DNA from: an uncultured Collinsella sp.
GTDB taxonomy: Bacteria > Actinomycetota > Coriobacteriia > Coriobacteriales > Coriobacteriaceae
NCBI GenBank assembly: GCA_902495985.1
Contig: CABUZF010000001.1
Coordinates: forward strand, 1 to 37,149
DNA: 37,149 nucleotides
Direction: 5' to 3'
The notes beneath the pieces are model-generated. The model was not told the origin of the DNA and searched no databases. It saw nothing but the letters and a program-made list of their open reading frames with translations. Below are positions 27,342 to 35,911 of this stretch, piece after piece. A program made the position numbers and the translations under genes. The stretch's first letter is position 1. Every line of letters begins with the position of its first letter.

Positions 27342-28790
27342 CTACTGCGCGTCCGCCATAGTGTCGGCGAGCTCCTTGTACCAGAGTGCCGACTGCTTGA
27401 TGTAGCGTTTTTGCGTGTCGAAGTCGATGTAGAACAGGCCGTAGCGCTTGTTATAGCCATTGGCCCACGAGAACTGGTCCTGCAGGCTCCAGATAAAGTA
27501 GCCCTGGACGTCGACGCCCTCGGCGCGCGCCTGGAGCACCTTCTCCATGTGCTGGTCGACAAAGTCGATGCGCTCGGGATCGGCGACGATGCCGTTTGCG
27601 TCGGGCTCGGGGTCCTTGTGGCCCAGGCCGTTTTCGGTGATATAGATGACGGGGAGGTTGGGATAGGTGGCGCTGATGTGCTTGAGCGTGTCGTAGAGGC
27701 CTTGCGGGTAGATGAGCCAATCCCAGTCGGTGGTGGGGATACCCGGCATATCGACCTGCTGCCCGACGCCCTTAAACTTAAAGCACGAGGTGCCCTTGTC
27801 TCCGGTGCCGTTAAAGCTGTTGGTGGACTCGCCATCGTAGGCGGCGATAAACGCCGACTGATAGTAGTTGAGGCCGAACATATCGTTGCGGGGCGCCGCC
27901 TTGGCGAGCTCCTCCATGTCGCTGTCCTCAACCGTAAGCGTGGCGTTGTTGGCACGCAGAATCTCGTTGATGAGTGAGAGGGTGCGCGCGGAGTAGTGAC
28001 CCAGGAAGGCGCCGTCCATGATGAAGTCGGTGTAGAAGGCGTTGTACAGGTCGGCGGCGTGCTGGTCGGCGGGCGAGTCTGTGGCAGGATATGCCGGCGT
28101 CAGGACGTTGACCATGCCAATGCGTCCGCCCAGGTGCTCGGTCTCGTCAAGATCCTTATACAGGTTGACGGCGCGGGCGTGGGCAACGAGCTCGTTGTGC
28201 TGGCTCTGGATGCCGCTCGTCACATCAAAGTGATGGTTGGGCGGGAAGTTGCCTTGGATGTATTGGGAGTGCGAGAGGCTGATGAGCTCGTTGATGGTGA
28301 ACCAATTCTTGACCTCGCGGAACTCGCGGAAGCAGAACTCGGCATAGCGCACATAGGCGTCGACGGTCTTGCGGTTGAGCCAGTCGCCCTGGTTGAACAG
28401 GGCGGCGGGGGAGTCAAAGTGATGCAGGGACACATAGGGCTCGACGCCATACTTTTTGCAGCAGGCGAACAGCTCGTGGTAGTGCTTAACGCCCTCGGCG
28501 AGGGGCTCGGCATCGTCGCCGTTGGGGAAGATGCGGGTCCAGGCGATGGACACACGGATGGCGTTGAGTCCATGCTCGGCAGAAAGGCGGATATCCTCCT
28601 CGTAGCGGTTGTAGAAATCACTGGCCGGGTCGGGCAAAAAGCGACCCTGGGCGACAAGGTAATCGTCCCACATGGTCTTACCCTTGCCTGCCACCTTCGT
28701 GGAACCTTCCGTTTGGTACGCGGCGGTTGCGGCGCCCCAAACAAAGCCCTTCGGCAGCTGCTGTACGCGGTTTAGCAAAGACATATGCAT
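27342..28790 (-). CDS. lacG: 6-phospho-beta-galactosidase (GH1), copy 2
   Basis: WGAATAAYQTEG, TINE, YITENG, WSLQDQFSWANGYNKRYG. Confidence 0.92.
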   Translation of the reverse strand: MHMSLLNRVQQLPKGFVWGAATAAYQTEGSTKVAGKGKTMWDDYLVAQGRFLPDPASDFYNRYEEDIRLSAEHGLNAIRVSIAWTRIFPNGDDAEPLAEGVKHYHELFACCKKYGVEPYVSLHHFDSPAALFNQGDWLNRKTVDAYVRYAEFCFREFREVKNWFTINELISLSHSQYIQGNFPPNHHFDVTSGIQSQHNELVAHARAVNLYKDLDETEHLGGRIGMVNVLTPAYPATDSPADQHAADLYNAFYTDFIMDGAFLGHYSARTLSLINEILRANNATLTVEDSDMEELAKAAPRNDMFGLNYYQSAFIAAYDGESTNSFNGTGDKGTSCFKFKGVGQQVDMPGIPTTDWDWLIYPQGLYDTLKHISATYPNLPVIYITENGLGHKDPEPDANGIVADPERIDFVDQHMEKVLQARAEGVDVQGYFIWSLQDQFSWANGYNKRYGLFYIDFDTQKRYIKQSALWYKELADTMADAQ

Positions 28791-28902
28791 ACACCCTCTC
28801 GTCTCGCTGTTCGATATTGTGCGTTTGCGCTCAGGAGGCTCCCTGGTTAGCGTTCAGCGGTGAAAAAGCCCGATAAACACTATCTTAAAATGATTAGAAC
28901 CA

Positions 28903-29075
28903 AAATGAGCACGTGAACATTTGACAATAAGCACGTTAACATCCGGCTGGGATGTATAGAAACAAAACAACTTCAAACAGCCGCGAACGGTTGTATTTGT
29001 TCGGTAAGCGGTTTTGATTGACAGAAGTTTTCATGTTGTGGTATATGGCTCGGGTATCATGAGCACGTTATCAAT
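28903..29075. promoter_or_regulatory. LacI-family operators of module 2 and LacI promoter
   Basis: AAATGAGCACGTGAACATTT (28903-28922), ATAAGCACGTTAACAT (28927-28942), ATGAGCACGTTATCAAT (29059-29075). TTGACA (29018) with TATATG (29042). Confidence 0.75.
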
Positions 29076-29134
29076 GTATGTACGATGCGCCATGGGCGCG
29101 GGGAATAGTTGGGAAGCAGGTTAGCGTGGAAGGC

Positions 29135-30163
29135 ATGGCTCAGCAGACAAGGAATGGTCATTCGGCGAGCGCGGCAGAGGTTGCGGCGCTCGCTGGCGTG
29201 AGCCGCCAGACTGTGTCTCGCGTGGTCAACGGTATGCCCAACGTGACGGAAAAGACGCGCAAGCGTGTGCTGGCCGCCATGGAAGAGCTGGGCTTTCGTC
29301 CCAATTTTGCTGGAGCGGCGTTGCGCGGCGGGTCGTATCGTTCTATTGGCCTGTGCATGTACAACATCACACGTGTCGGTAACCTGGCGACGCTCGAGGG
29401 TATCATGCAAGCGGCGCGCGAGCACGATTTTGCCGTCACTATGATCGAGATGGGCGGCGACAAGCCCTATACACTTGCCGATGCCTCGCGCCGCATGGTC
29501 GAGCGACCCGTCGACGGCATGATTCTCAACATGAACCGCATGGCTCCCGATTTTGAGGAGTTTGTTCCCCAGCCGGGAGTGCGAACGGTCATCCTGTCCA
29601 TGTATGCGCATCCGCGCTGCACGACGATCGACTCCGACCAGTATGGTTCGTGCGAGCTGTTGACCAATTATCTGCTGGAACATGGTCACTCGAATATGCG
29701 GTTTGTGGCGGGTCCGGAAAACTCGATTTCCTCGCGTTTTCGTGAGGCCGGTTGGCGCGATACGCTGGGTCGTGCTCATGTCGATGCCGCTCCGATGCTG
29801 CGTGGCGATTGGAGTGCGGACAGTGGGTACGCCATGGGCGAGCGGATTGCGGCCGAGGTGCTTGCCGGCGGGTCGCAGGCGCCGACTGCCGTGCTTGCGG
29901 CAAATGACCAGATGGCGCTGGGCGTTATCGCCGCGCTCGAGAACGCGGGCCTGTCCGTGCCCGACGACGTGAGCGTGGTTGGTATCGACGACGCACTCGA
30001 GGGACTTGTTCCTCACAATCGGCTGACGACGCTGCGATTTGATTTGCGCGGTGTCGGTAAGCTTGCGTTTGAGGCGGCGATTGGAGAGAGCTCGTCTATC
30101 GAGGCGATTCATGTGCCGAGTACGCTGGTCGAACGCTCGACTGTTAGGGACATACGGGGTTAG
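29135..30163 (+). CDS. LacI family transcriptional regulator, copy 2
   Basis: AEVAALAGVSRQTVSRVVN, RPNFAG, GDWSADSG, VPDDVSVVGIDD. Confidence 0.92.
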   Translation: MAQQTRNGHSASAAEVAALAGVSRQTVSRVVNGMPNVTEKTRKRVLAAMEELGFRPNFAGAALRGGSYRSIGLCMYNITRVGNLATLEGIMQAAREHDFAVTMIEMGGDKPYTLADASRRMVERPVDGMILNMNRMAPDFEEFVPQPGVRTVILSMYAHPRCTTIDSDQYGSCELLTNYLLEHGHSNMRFVAGPENSISSRFREAGWRDTLGRAHVDAAPMLRGDWSADSGYAMGERIAAEVLAGGSQAPTAVLAANDQMALGVIAALENAGLSVPDDVSVVGIDDALEGLVPHNRLTTLRFDLRGVGKLAFEAAIGESSSIEAIHVPSTLVERSTVRDIRG

Positions 30164-30171
30164 GTCCTACT

Positions 30172-30321
30172 CCGTTTGTCTCGATTTGTAACAGGTAGAC
30201 GGTCAAAAGCGGGCTACGTGTTACAGATTTAGATTCTTCGGAAAGAGCAATCCTGTTCGTCTCAATCTGTAACAGCTAGGACCAAAAAACTCGGCTAGAT
30301 GTTACAGATCGAGACAAACGG
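30172..30321. repeat. Palindromic repeat array 3 (2 units)
   Basis: Cores at 30187 and 30268. The outer 22-bp ends are inverted repeats with one mismatch. Confidence 0.9.
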
Positions 30322-30340
30322 CTCCCGACCAGCCCAAAAA

Positions 30341-30385
30341 CAAAAAGACCGGGGGCGGCGCGCCGTGTGACGTGCCGCCCCCGGC
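30341..30385 (-). terminator. Terminator of lacE3-lacG3
   Basis: CCGGGGCGGCG...TGCCGCCCCCGG stem with an A-tract on the plus strand. Confidence 0.7.
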
Positions 30386-30430
30386 TGAGAAATGGGGACA
30401 GGTTGTGTGAGCGGGCAACCCCGCCAGCCA

Positions 30431-31870
30431 CTAGTCCAGACGACGGGTCTGCGCCACGTGCTTATACCAGTATGCGCTTGCCTTGGGTGTGCGCTTCTGG
30501 GTTTCAAAGTCAACGTAGAAGAAGCCGTAACGCTTGTTGTAGCCATTGGTCCAGGAGAACTGATCCTGCAGGCTCCACAGGAAGTAACCGCCCACGTTGA
30601 CGCCCACCTCCATGGCCTTAAGCAGCCAGCGCAGGTGCTGCTCGATGTAGTCGATGCGCGGCTGGTCGTCCACAAAACCGTCCTTGTAGGGGTCCTTGTA
30701 GCCCATGCCGTTCTCGGTGATGAAGATCTGCTTGTAGTTGGGGTAGCGCTGCTTAATGTAGACGAGCAGATCGAACAGACCCTCGGGATAGATGATCCAG
30801 TCCCAGTCGGTGGTGGGGATGCCGGGCTTGTTCACATGCTCGCCAATACCCTTGACGCGCCAGCGGCCGGTGCCCTTTTCGCCCGTACCATTGTGGTGCA
30901 GGTCGTTCTCGCCATCGTAAGCCTTCAAGAAACGGCACTGGTAGTTGTTAACGCCCAGGTAGTCGTTGTGGAGCGCGGCCTCGCGCATAATCTCGAGGTC
31001 CTCGTCCAGGATTTCGATGGTGCCGCCCGAGACGGCAGCCAGGCGGTTGGCGCACTCGAGGGTGTCGGGCGCGTAGTCGCCGCGGAAGGTGGCGTCGAGC
31101 AAAAACTGGTTTTGCAGCACGTGCTCGTTGTTGGCGGCCTTGATGTCGGCGGGGTCGTTCTCGTTGAGCGGGTACTTGAACTCCAGCGACTGAATGACGC
31201 CGATTTTGCCCTTAAAACCGCCGTTGTGGAAGGCCAGTACTGCCTTGGCGTGGGCGAGCATCATGTTGTGCTCGCACTGGAAGGCCTCGGCCAGATGCGC
31301 CTTGACGCCACCGGGGAAGGTGCCCTCGATGTAGGTGTTGGAGGCGTCGGCCCAAATCTCGTTAAAGGTGAACCAGTAGGTCACCTGGTCGGCGTACTCT
31401 TTAAAGCAGAAGGTGGCAAAGTCCACAAAGGCATCGATGGTCTCGCGGTTGAGGAAGTCGCCCTTCTCAAAGAGGGGAAGCGGCGTGTCAAAGTGATGCA
31501 GCGTGACGAACGGCTCAACGTGGTGCTTGTGGCACTCGGCGAAGAGATCGTGATAGAACTGCACGCCCTCGGGGTTGATTTCGCCGGTGCCGTTGGGGAA
31601 GATGCGGCTCCAGGCGATGGAGAGGCGAATGCCGTTGATGCCGAACTCCTCGCACAGCTCCAGATCGACGGGGTACTGGTTGTAGAAGTCCGAAGCGGGA
31701 TCGGGGGAGAAGCGCCCCTGGGCCTCCAGGAAGTCGTCCCAGGCGACCTTGCCCTTACCGTGAGTGCGGGTCTCGCCCTCTACCTGGTAGGCAGCGGTGG
31801 CGCCGCCAAAGACAAAGTCCTCGGGAAACTGCGCGGGCGGGTTGGTGACGCTAGCAGGGTTAACGGACAT
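30431..31870 (-). CDS. lacG: 6-phospho-beta-galactosidase (GH1), copy 3
   Basis: GGATAAYQVEG, TFNE, FITENG, WSLQDQFSWTNGYNKRYG. Confidence 0.92.
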   Translation of the reverse strand: MSVNPASVTNPPAQFPEDFVFGGATAAYQVEGETRTHGKGKVAWDDFLEAQGRFSPDPASDFYNQYPVDLELCEEFGINGIRLSIAWSRIFPNGTGEINPEGVQFYHDLFAECHKHHVEPFVTLHHFDTPLPLFEKGDFLNRETIDAFVDFATFCFKEYADQVTYWFTFNEIWADASNTYIEGTFPGGVKAHLAEAFQCEHNMMLAHAKAVLAFHNGGFKGKIGVIQSLEFKYPLNENDPADIKAANNEHVLQNQFLLDATFRGDYAPDTLECANRLAAVSGGTIEILDEDLEIMREAALHNDYLGVNNYQCRFLKAYDGENDLHHNGTGEKGTGRWRVKGIGEHVNKPGIPTTDWDWIIYPEGLFDLLVYIKQRYPNYKQIFITENGMGYKDPYKDGFVDDQPRIDYIEQHLRWLLKAMEVGVNVGGYFLWSLQDQFSWTNGYNKRYGFFYVDFETQKRTPKASAYWYKHVAQTRRLD

Positions 31871-31936
31871 GATGATCCAATCGTCTAAATCGAAGGGCCA
31901 GCCGGCTGTTGATGGTCGGCTGGCCCTGAGCGTTAC

Positions 31937-33712
31937 TTACTTCGAAAGCTGCTCGGAGACGAAGGCGAGAGACTTGTCGCCGTTCTGGGAGAGCTCGATG
32001 TACTGCTTGCCACGGCAGGCGACGCACTTGTTGCCCACGCGCTCACAGTCCTTCTGCAGGTCGGCCAGGTAGCTTGCGGCCTGCGGGGCCAGGACGACCA
32101 GGTCAAAGTCGGGGAGCATGTCCACGTGGTTGCCATAGGCCTCGGCAGCGGTCTCAAGATTGATGCCACGCTCCTTGGCAGCCTTGGCCAGTGCGTTGGC
32201 GAGCAGGCCCGAGGTACCGCCGCCCTGGCAGAGCACAAGCACGCGCTTGCCGTTGAGGTCGCTGGCGGTCGTTGCCTCGGCAGCGGGTGCTGCAGAAGCG
32301 GCGGGGGAGTCGGCCTTCACGGCCTCGGCAGCAGCGCCGGCGGCAACGCTCTCGGCGTCAGCCTTGCCCTGGAAGGCATCGTTGAGCTTGGCGGCCTTCT
32401 CGGCGTTCTTGGCGGCGAGCTCCTCCTGGGAGATCTCGGCCTCCTCGGCGCACTTCTGGGCGTCATAGGCACGGAAGAACGGGTAGTACAGAACGAAGTC
32501 GACGACCAGGATAAGGGCGAGCATCACAAAGGCGAGCGGCTGGAAGCCCAGGCCCATGATGGTGCCGATGGGGCCGGGGACGGTCCAAGGCAGGGTGTAC
32601 ATAAAGCCGTTCATGCCCAAGAAGTCGATAAAGATCTTGAGGATCCAGATGTTGGCGATCGGGGCAAAGACAAACGGGACAAAGAAGACGGGGTTGAGCA
32701 CGATGGGTGCGGCGAACAGCAGCGGCTCGTTGACGGCAAAGCACACGGGGACGATGGCGGCCTTACCGACGGCGCGCATCTCCTGAGACTTGGCCAGGAA
32801 GCAGAACATAAAGACCAGGACGAGCGTGGCGCCGGTGCCGCCCATGCAGACGACGAAGTACTGGGCACCCTGGGTCAGGACAGCGGAAGCGTGCTGACCG
32901 GCCTGGAACGCAGCCAGGTTGTCGGTCATATTGGCAACGAGAGCGGCAGCGATGGCGGGCTCGACGATCGAGGGGCCGTGGACGCCGACGAACCAGAACA
33001 GGCTCATGGCGCCGTAGATCACAGCGAGGCCGATGTAGCCGTCGGCAGCGGTGAACAGGGGCTGGAACACCTGGATGACGCCCTGGGCAAAGCAGAAGCC
33101 AAAAGCAGCGCGGAAGACGATGTCAAACACCCAAAAGACGGTGATGCAAACGGAGAAGGGGATGATGTCCTTAAAGGTCTGCGAAATGTTGGGCGGAACC
33201 TGCTCGGGCATCTTGACGGTGATGTTGCGCTTAATGAAGAACTTGTAGATGATGCCGGTCACAAACGCAGCGATGAAGGCGGTCAGCAGGCCCTTGGAAC
33301 CAAGGTAAGTGGTGTTGAAGCCGCTGGCAGCGTCCGTGGCGATCGTGTCGCTCGAAAGGAGCAAGAAGCCGATGATGGCCGCGCACATGCACGAGATAAA
33401 GTTGATCTGGTTGTTCTTGGGCAGGTCGCGGTTCTGCGCGTCGGCGAAGTGCTTGGCCGTGGTGGCGGCGCAGGCGATGGCCAGGATGCCCATGGAGTAG
33501 TTGTAGCACTTCCACAGGGCGTTGTTGATGTCATCGGGCCAGTAGAAACCCCAGATGTTGGGGACCGAGGCTACCAGGCAGAAGATGGACGAGAAGATAA
33601 TGATGGGGATGACGGAGATAAAGCCGTCGCGGATCGCCTTGAGGTACTTGTTGCGGGCGATCGCGTTGAAAAAGGGCTGGCCTTTTTCGATGGTGGCGAT
33701 GAGTTGCTCCAT
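31937..33712 (-). CDS. lacE: PTS lactose-family EIICB, copy 3
   Basis: AIRDGF, FWFVGVHGPSIVEPAIAA, GGTGAT, VLVLCQGGGTSGLLANAL; closest of the three to canonical LacE as I recall it. Confidence 0.93.
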   Translation of the reverse strand: MEQLIATIEKGQPFFNAIARNKYLKAIRDGFISVIPIIIFSSIFCLVASVPNIWGFYWPDDINNALWKCYNYSMGILAIACAATTAKHFADAQNRDLPKNNQINFISCMCAAIIGFLLLSSDTIATDAASGFNTTYLGSKGLLTAFIAAFVTGIIYKFFIKRNITVKMPEQVPPNISQTFKDIIPFSVCITVFWVFDIVFRAAFGFCFAQGVIQVFQPLFTAADGYIGLAVIYGAMSLFWFVGVHGPSIVEPAIAAALVANMTDNLAAFQAGQHASAVLTQGAQYFVVCMGGTGATLVLVFMFCFLAKSQEMRAVGKAAIVPVCFAVNEPLLFAAPIVLNPVFFVPFVFAPIANIWILKIFIDFLGMNGFMYTLPWTVPGPIGTIMGLGFQPLAFVMLALILVVDFVLYYPFFRAYDAQKCAEEAEISQEELAAKNAEKAAKLNDAFQGKADAESVAAGAAAEAVKADSPAASAAPAAEATTASDLNGKRVLVLCQGGGTSGLLANALAKAAKERGINLETAAEAYGNHVDMLPDFDLVVLAPQAASYLADLQKDCERVGNKCVACRGKQYIELSQNGDKSLAFVSEQLSK

Positions 33713-33770
33713 GCAATGCTCCTAAGAGTCGGTGGGTTAGCAACGATGGTAGCTTTTGGCGTTCGGTTGC

Positions 33771-34055
33771 CAAAATGTTGACGTTGCCATTTTGCGACAC
33801 AAAAAAGGACACGAACCGGTGGTTCCTGTGCCTGCGAACCGTCGATTCCTTATGCGTAAACGTTTGAGCCGCCCGGTGGCTCTTTGTTTGCACAATGGCA
33901 ACGTTAACATTTGAGCGCCAAAAGCCGTTTGGGGAAGCAAAAATGTCGGTGAACGGTAGGTTTTGGGTGGTGAGCGTATGGTGGGGGAGGCGTTGGATAT
34001 ACTTGAAGGCGTTAAAAATGACTGCGTAGGGTGCCACCAATGGCATCGTCGACAT
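33771..34055. promoter_or_regulatory. LacI-family operators of module 3
   Basis: CAAAATGTTGACGTTGCCATTTTG (33771-33794), AATGGCAACGTTAACATTT (33894-33912), AATGGCATCGTCGACAT (34039-34055). Confidence 0.75.
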
Positions 34056-34069
34056 AGAAAGATCGACCT

Positions 34070-35074
34070 ATGGCCGCTGTTAAAAAATCGGTTTCCGTTA
34101 AGGATGTGGCGCGTCTCGCGGGCGTCTCGGAGCAGACAGTCTCGCGTACGGTGCACGATTCGCCCAGCGTACGCCCCGAGACCAAGGAGCGCGTGCGCGC
34201 CGCCATGCGCGAGCTTGGCTATCGTCCTAACTTTGCCGGCCGGTCGCTGCGTCGCGGCAAGTTCAAGACCGTCGGCGTCGCCATGTTCAACATTACCGGC
34301 ACCGGCAATCTCGACCGTATGGAGGGCTTTGCCGCCGCGGCCGATAAGCACGGCTATGCCATCACTCTCACTAAAGTAGACGGGCATCCGTATACCCTCG
34401 AGGGCGCATCGTCGCGCATGAGCGCACTGCCGGTGGACGGCATGGTTGTGATTATGAACCGCATGCCGGCGGACTTTGGCACCTTTGAGCCGCTGCCCGG
34501 TATGCAGACGGTGCTCGTTACCATGCTGGAGCACCCGCTCTGTTCAACGGTCGATAACGACCAGTTCGATTGCTCGCGCCAAGTGGTCGAGTACTTGCTG
34601 GGGCAGGGGCACAAGACCGTGCACTTTATCTCGTGTCCCGAGCGCTCGCTTTCGGGCATGCGGCGCGAGGAAGGCTGGCGCGAGACATTGCGTGCGCATG
34701 GCATCGAGCCACCGCAGCTCGTGCGCGGCGACTGGACAGCGCAGAGTGGATATGCTGCCGGTCAGGCTCTGGCGGACGATCCGACCTGTACGGCCATTTA
34801 TGCTTCCAACGATGCCATGGCATATGGCTGCATCCGTGGGCTCGAGTCGCGCGGGAAGCGCGTGCCCCAGGACGTAAGCGTGGTGGGTGTTGACGATAGT
34901 TTGGGCGATATCGTGCCCGATCGTCGCCTGACCACGGTGCGCTTTGACAACAAACGCGTCGGCATGTGGGCGGTCGACAAGATTGCCGGCGCCGAGGGCA
35001 CTGCACCCGGTGTGGAGCACATGCTGTTTCCGGGCGTGCTCGTCGAGGGCGATACGGTGCGCGATGTACGCTAG
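34070..35074 (+). CDS. LacI family transcriptional regulator, copy 3
   Basis: SVKDVARLAGVSEQTVSRTV, YRPNFAG, GDWTAQSG, VPQDVSVVGVDD. Confidence 0.92.
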   Translation: MAAVKKSVSVKDVARLAGVSEQTVSRTVHDSPSVRPETKERVRAAMRELGYRPNFAGRSLRRGKFKTVGVAMFNITGTGNLDRMEGFAAAADKHGYAITLTKVDGHPYTLEGASSRMSALPVDGMVVIMNRMPADFGTFEPLPGMQTVLVTMLEHPLCSTVDNDQFDCSRQVVEYLLGQGHKTVHFISCPERSLSGMRREEGWRETLRAHGIEPPQLVRGDWTAQSGYAAGQALADDPTCTAIYASNDAMAYGCIRGLESRGKRVPQDVSVVGVDDSLGDIVPDRRLTTVRFDNKRVGMWAVDKIAGAEGTAPGVEHMLFPGVLVEGDTVRDVR

Positions 35075-35288
35075 GGCGCGGGTCTGTTTGGGTTGCCGCT
35101 AATTGTGTTCGATATTGTTCAGATTGGTTTAAAAACCGTTCACGGGCGAATAGTGACCGTTCATAGCTCAAAATTACGTTTTGCGCTGTTCTTTTTTGTT
35201 TGAATGTTATTGTTTCTGTCATACACAACGCAGCGCGTATGCCCGGACGCGATGCTCTCCATTGGTTCATATGTGAAAGGAACGCAAT

Positions 35289-35627
35289 ATGGCAACCAAA
35301 GAAGAAATCTCGATGGTTGGATTCGAGATTGTCGCATACGCAGGTGACGCCCAGACCGATCTGCTTGCAGCGCTCGATGCTGCTCGCGAGGGTGACTTTG
35401 AGAAGGCCGAACAGCTGCACAAGGATGCCAGCGATGCACTTATCGGCGCCCACGACACGCAGACCAAGCTGCTTTCGCAGGAGGCCGGCGGTGGCGAGAT
35501 GGAGATGACCTTCATCATGGCTCACGCTCAGGACACTCTCATGACCACTATGATCCTGGAGAAGCAGGCCCGCTTTACCATCGATGCCTACAAGCGCATC
35601 GCTGAGCTCGAGGCCAAGCTCGCCTAA
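35289..35627 (+). CDS. lacF: PTS lactose-family EIIA
   Basis: GFEIVAYAGDA, AHDTQTKLL.QEA.G, IMAHAQDTLMTT. RBS GAAAGGAA. Confidence 0.93.
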   Translation: MATKEEISMVGFEIVAYAGDAQTDLLAALDAAREGDFEKAEQLHKDASDALIGAHDTQTKLLSQEAGGGEMEMTFIMAHAQDTLMTTMILEKQARFTIDAYKRIAELEAKLA

Positions 35628-35654
35628 CGAGCCCTCACAACCAAGTTCCCTTCC

Positions 35655-35688
35655 AAAAGCCCTGCCGCACCCGCGACAGGGCTTTTTC
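35655..35688 (+). terminator. Terminator after lacF
   Basis: AAAAGCCCTG...CAGGGCTTTTT. Confidence 0.8.
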
Positions 35689-35700
35689 TGTCCTCCTCCA

Positions 35701-35818
35701 AGTTGCGGTGAAATAAGGACTGAATAGGGGCCGGCGGGCGCAAAACAATCCCTATTCCACCGCAACTCATCCCGAGATAGTCATTGGGGACGTTCTTAAA
35801 CGACTAGTCATTGGGGAC
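35701..35818. repeat. Cluster of short intergenic repeats: 22-bp imperfect inverted repeat plus 14-bp direct repeat
   Basis: Inverted repeat 35701-35722 / 35746-35767 with 3 mismatches. TAGTCATTGGGGAC at 35778 and 35805. Confidence 0.65.
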
Positions 35819-35911
35819 AGTCTTGGTGCGCTCCGTTCGTCCTCCCGTTCGATTTTTGCTCGGTGGGTATACTTCCTTTCGCATTAAACGCCGGACTGAG
35901 GAGGTATCCAA

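Noticed and set aside
25336..27405. Long antisense ORFs (689, 560, 551, 498, 476, 397, 391, 385 aa and others)
   Set aside because: Shadow frames opposite well-supported genes, expected from high-GC codon bias; no recognisable motifs.
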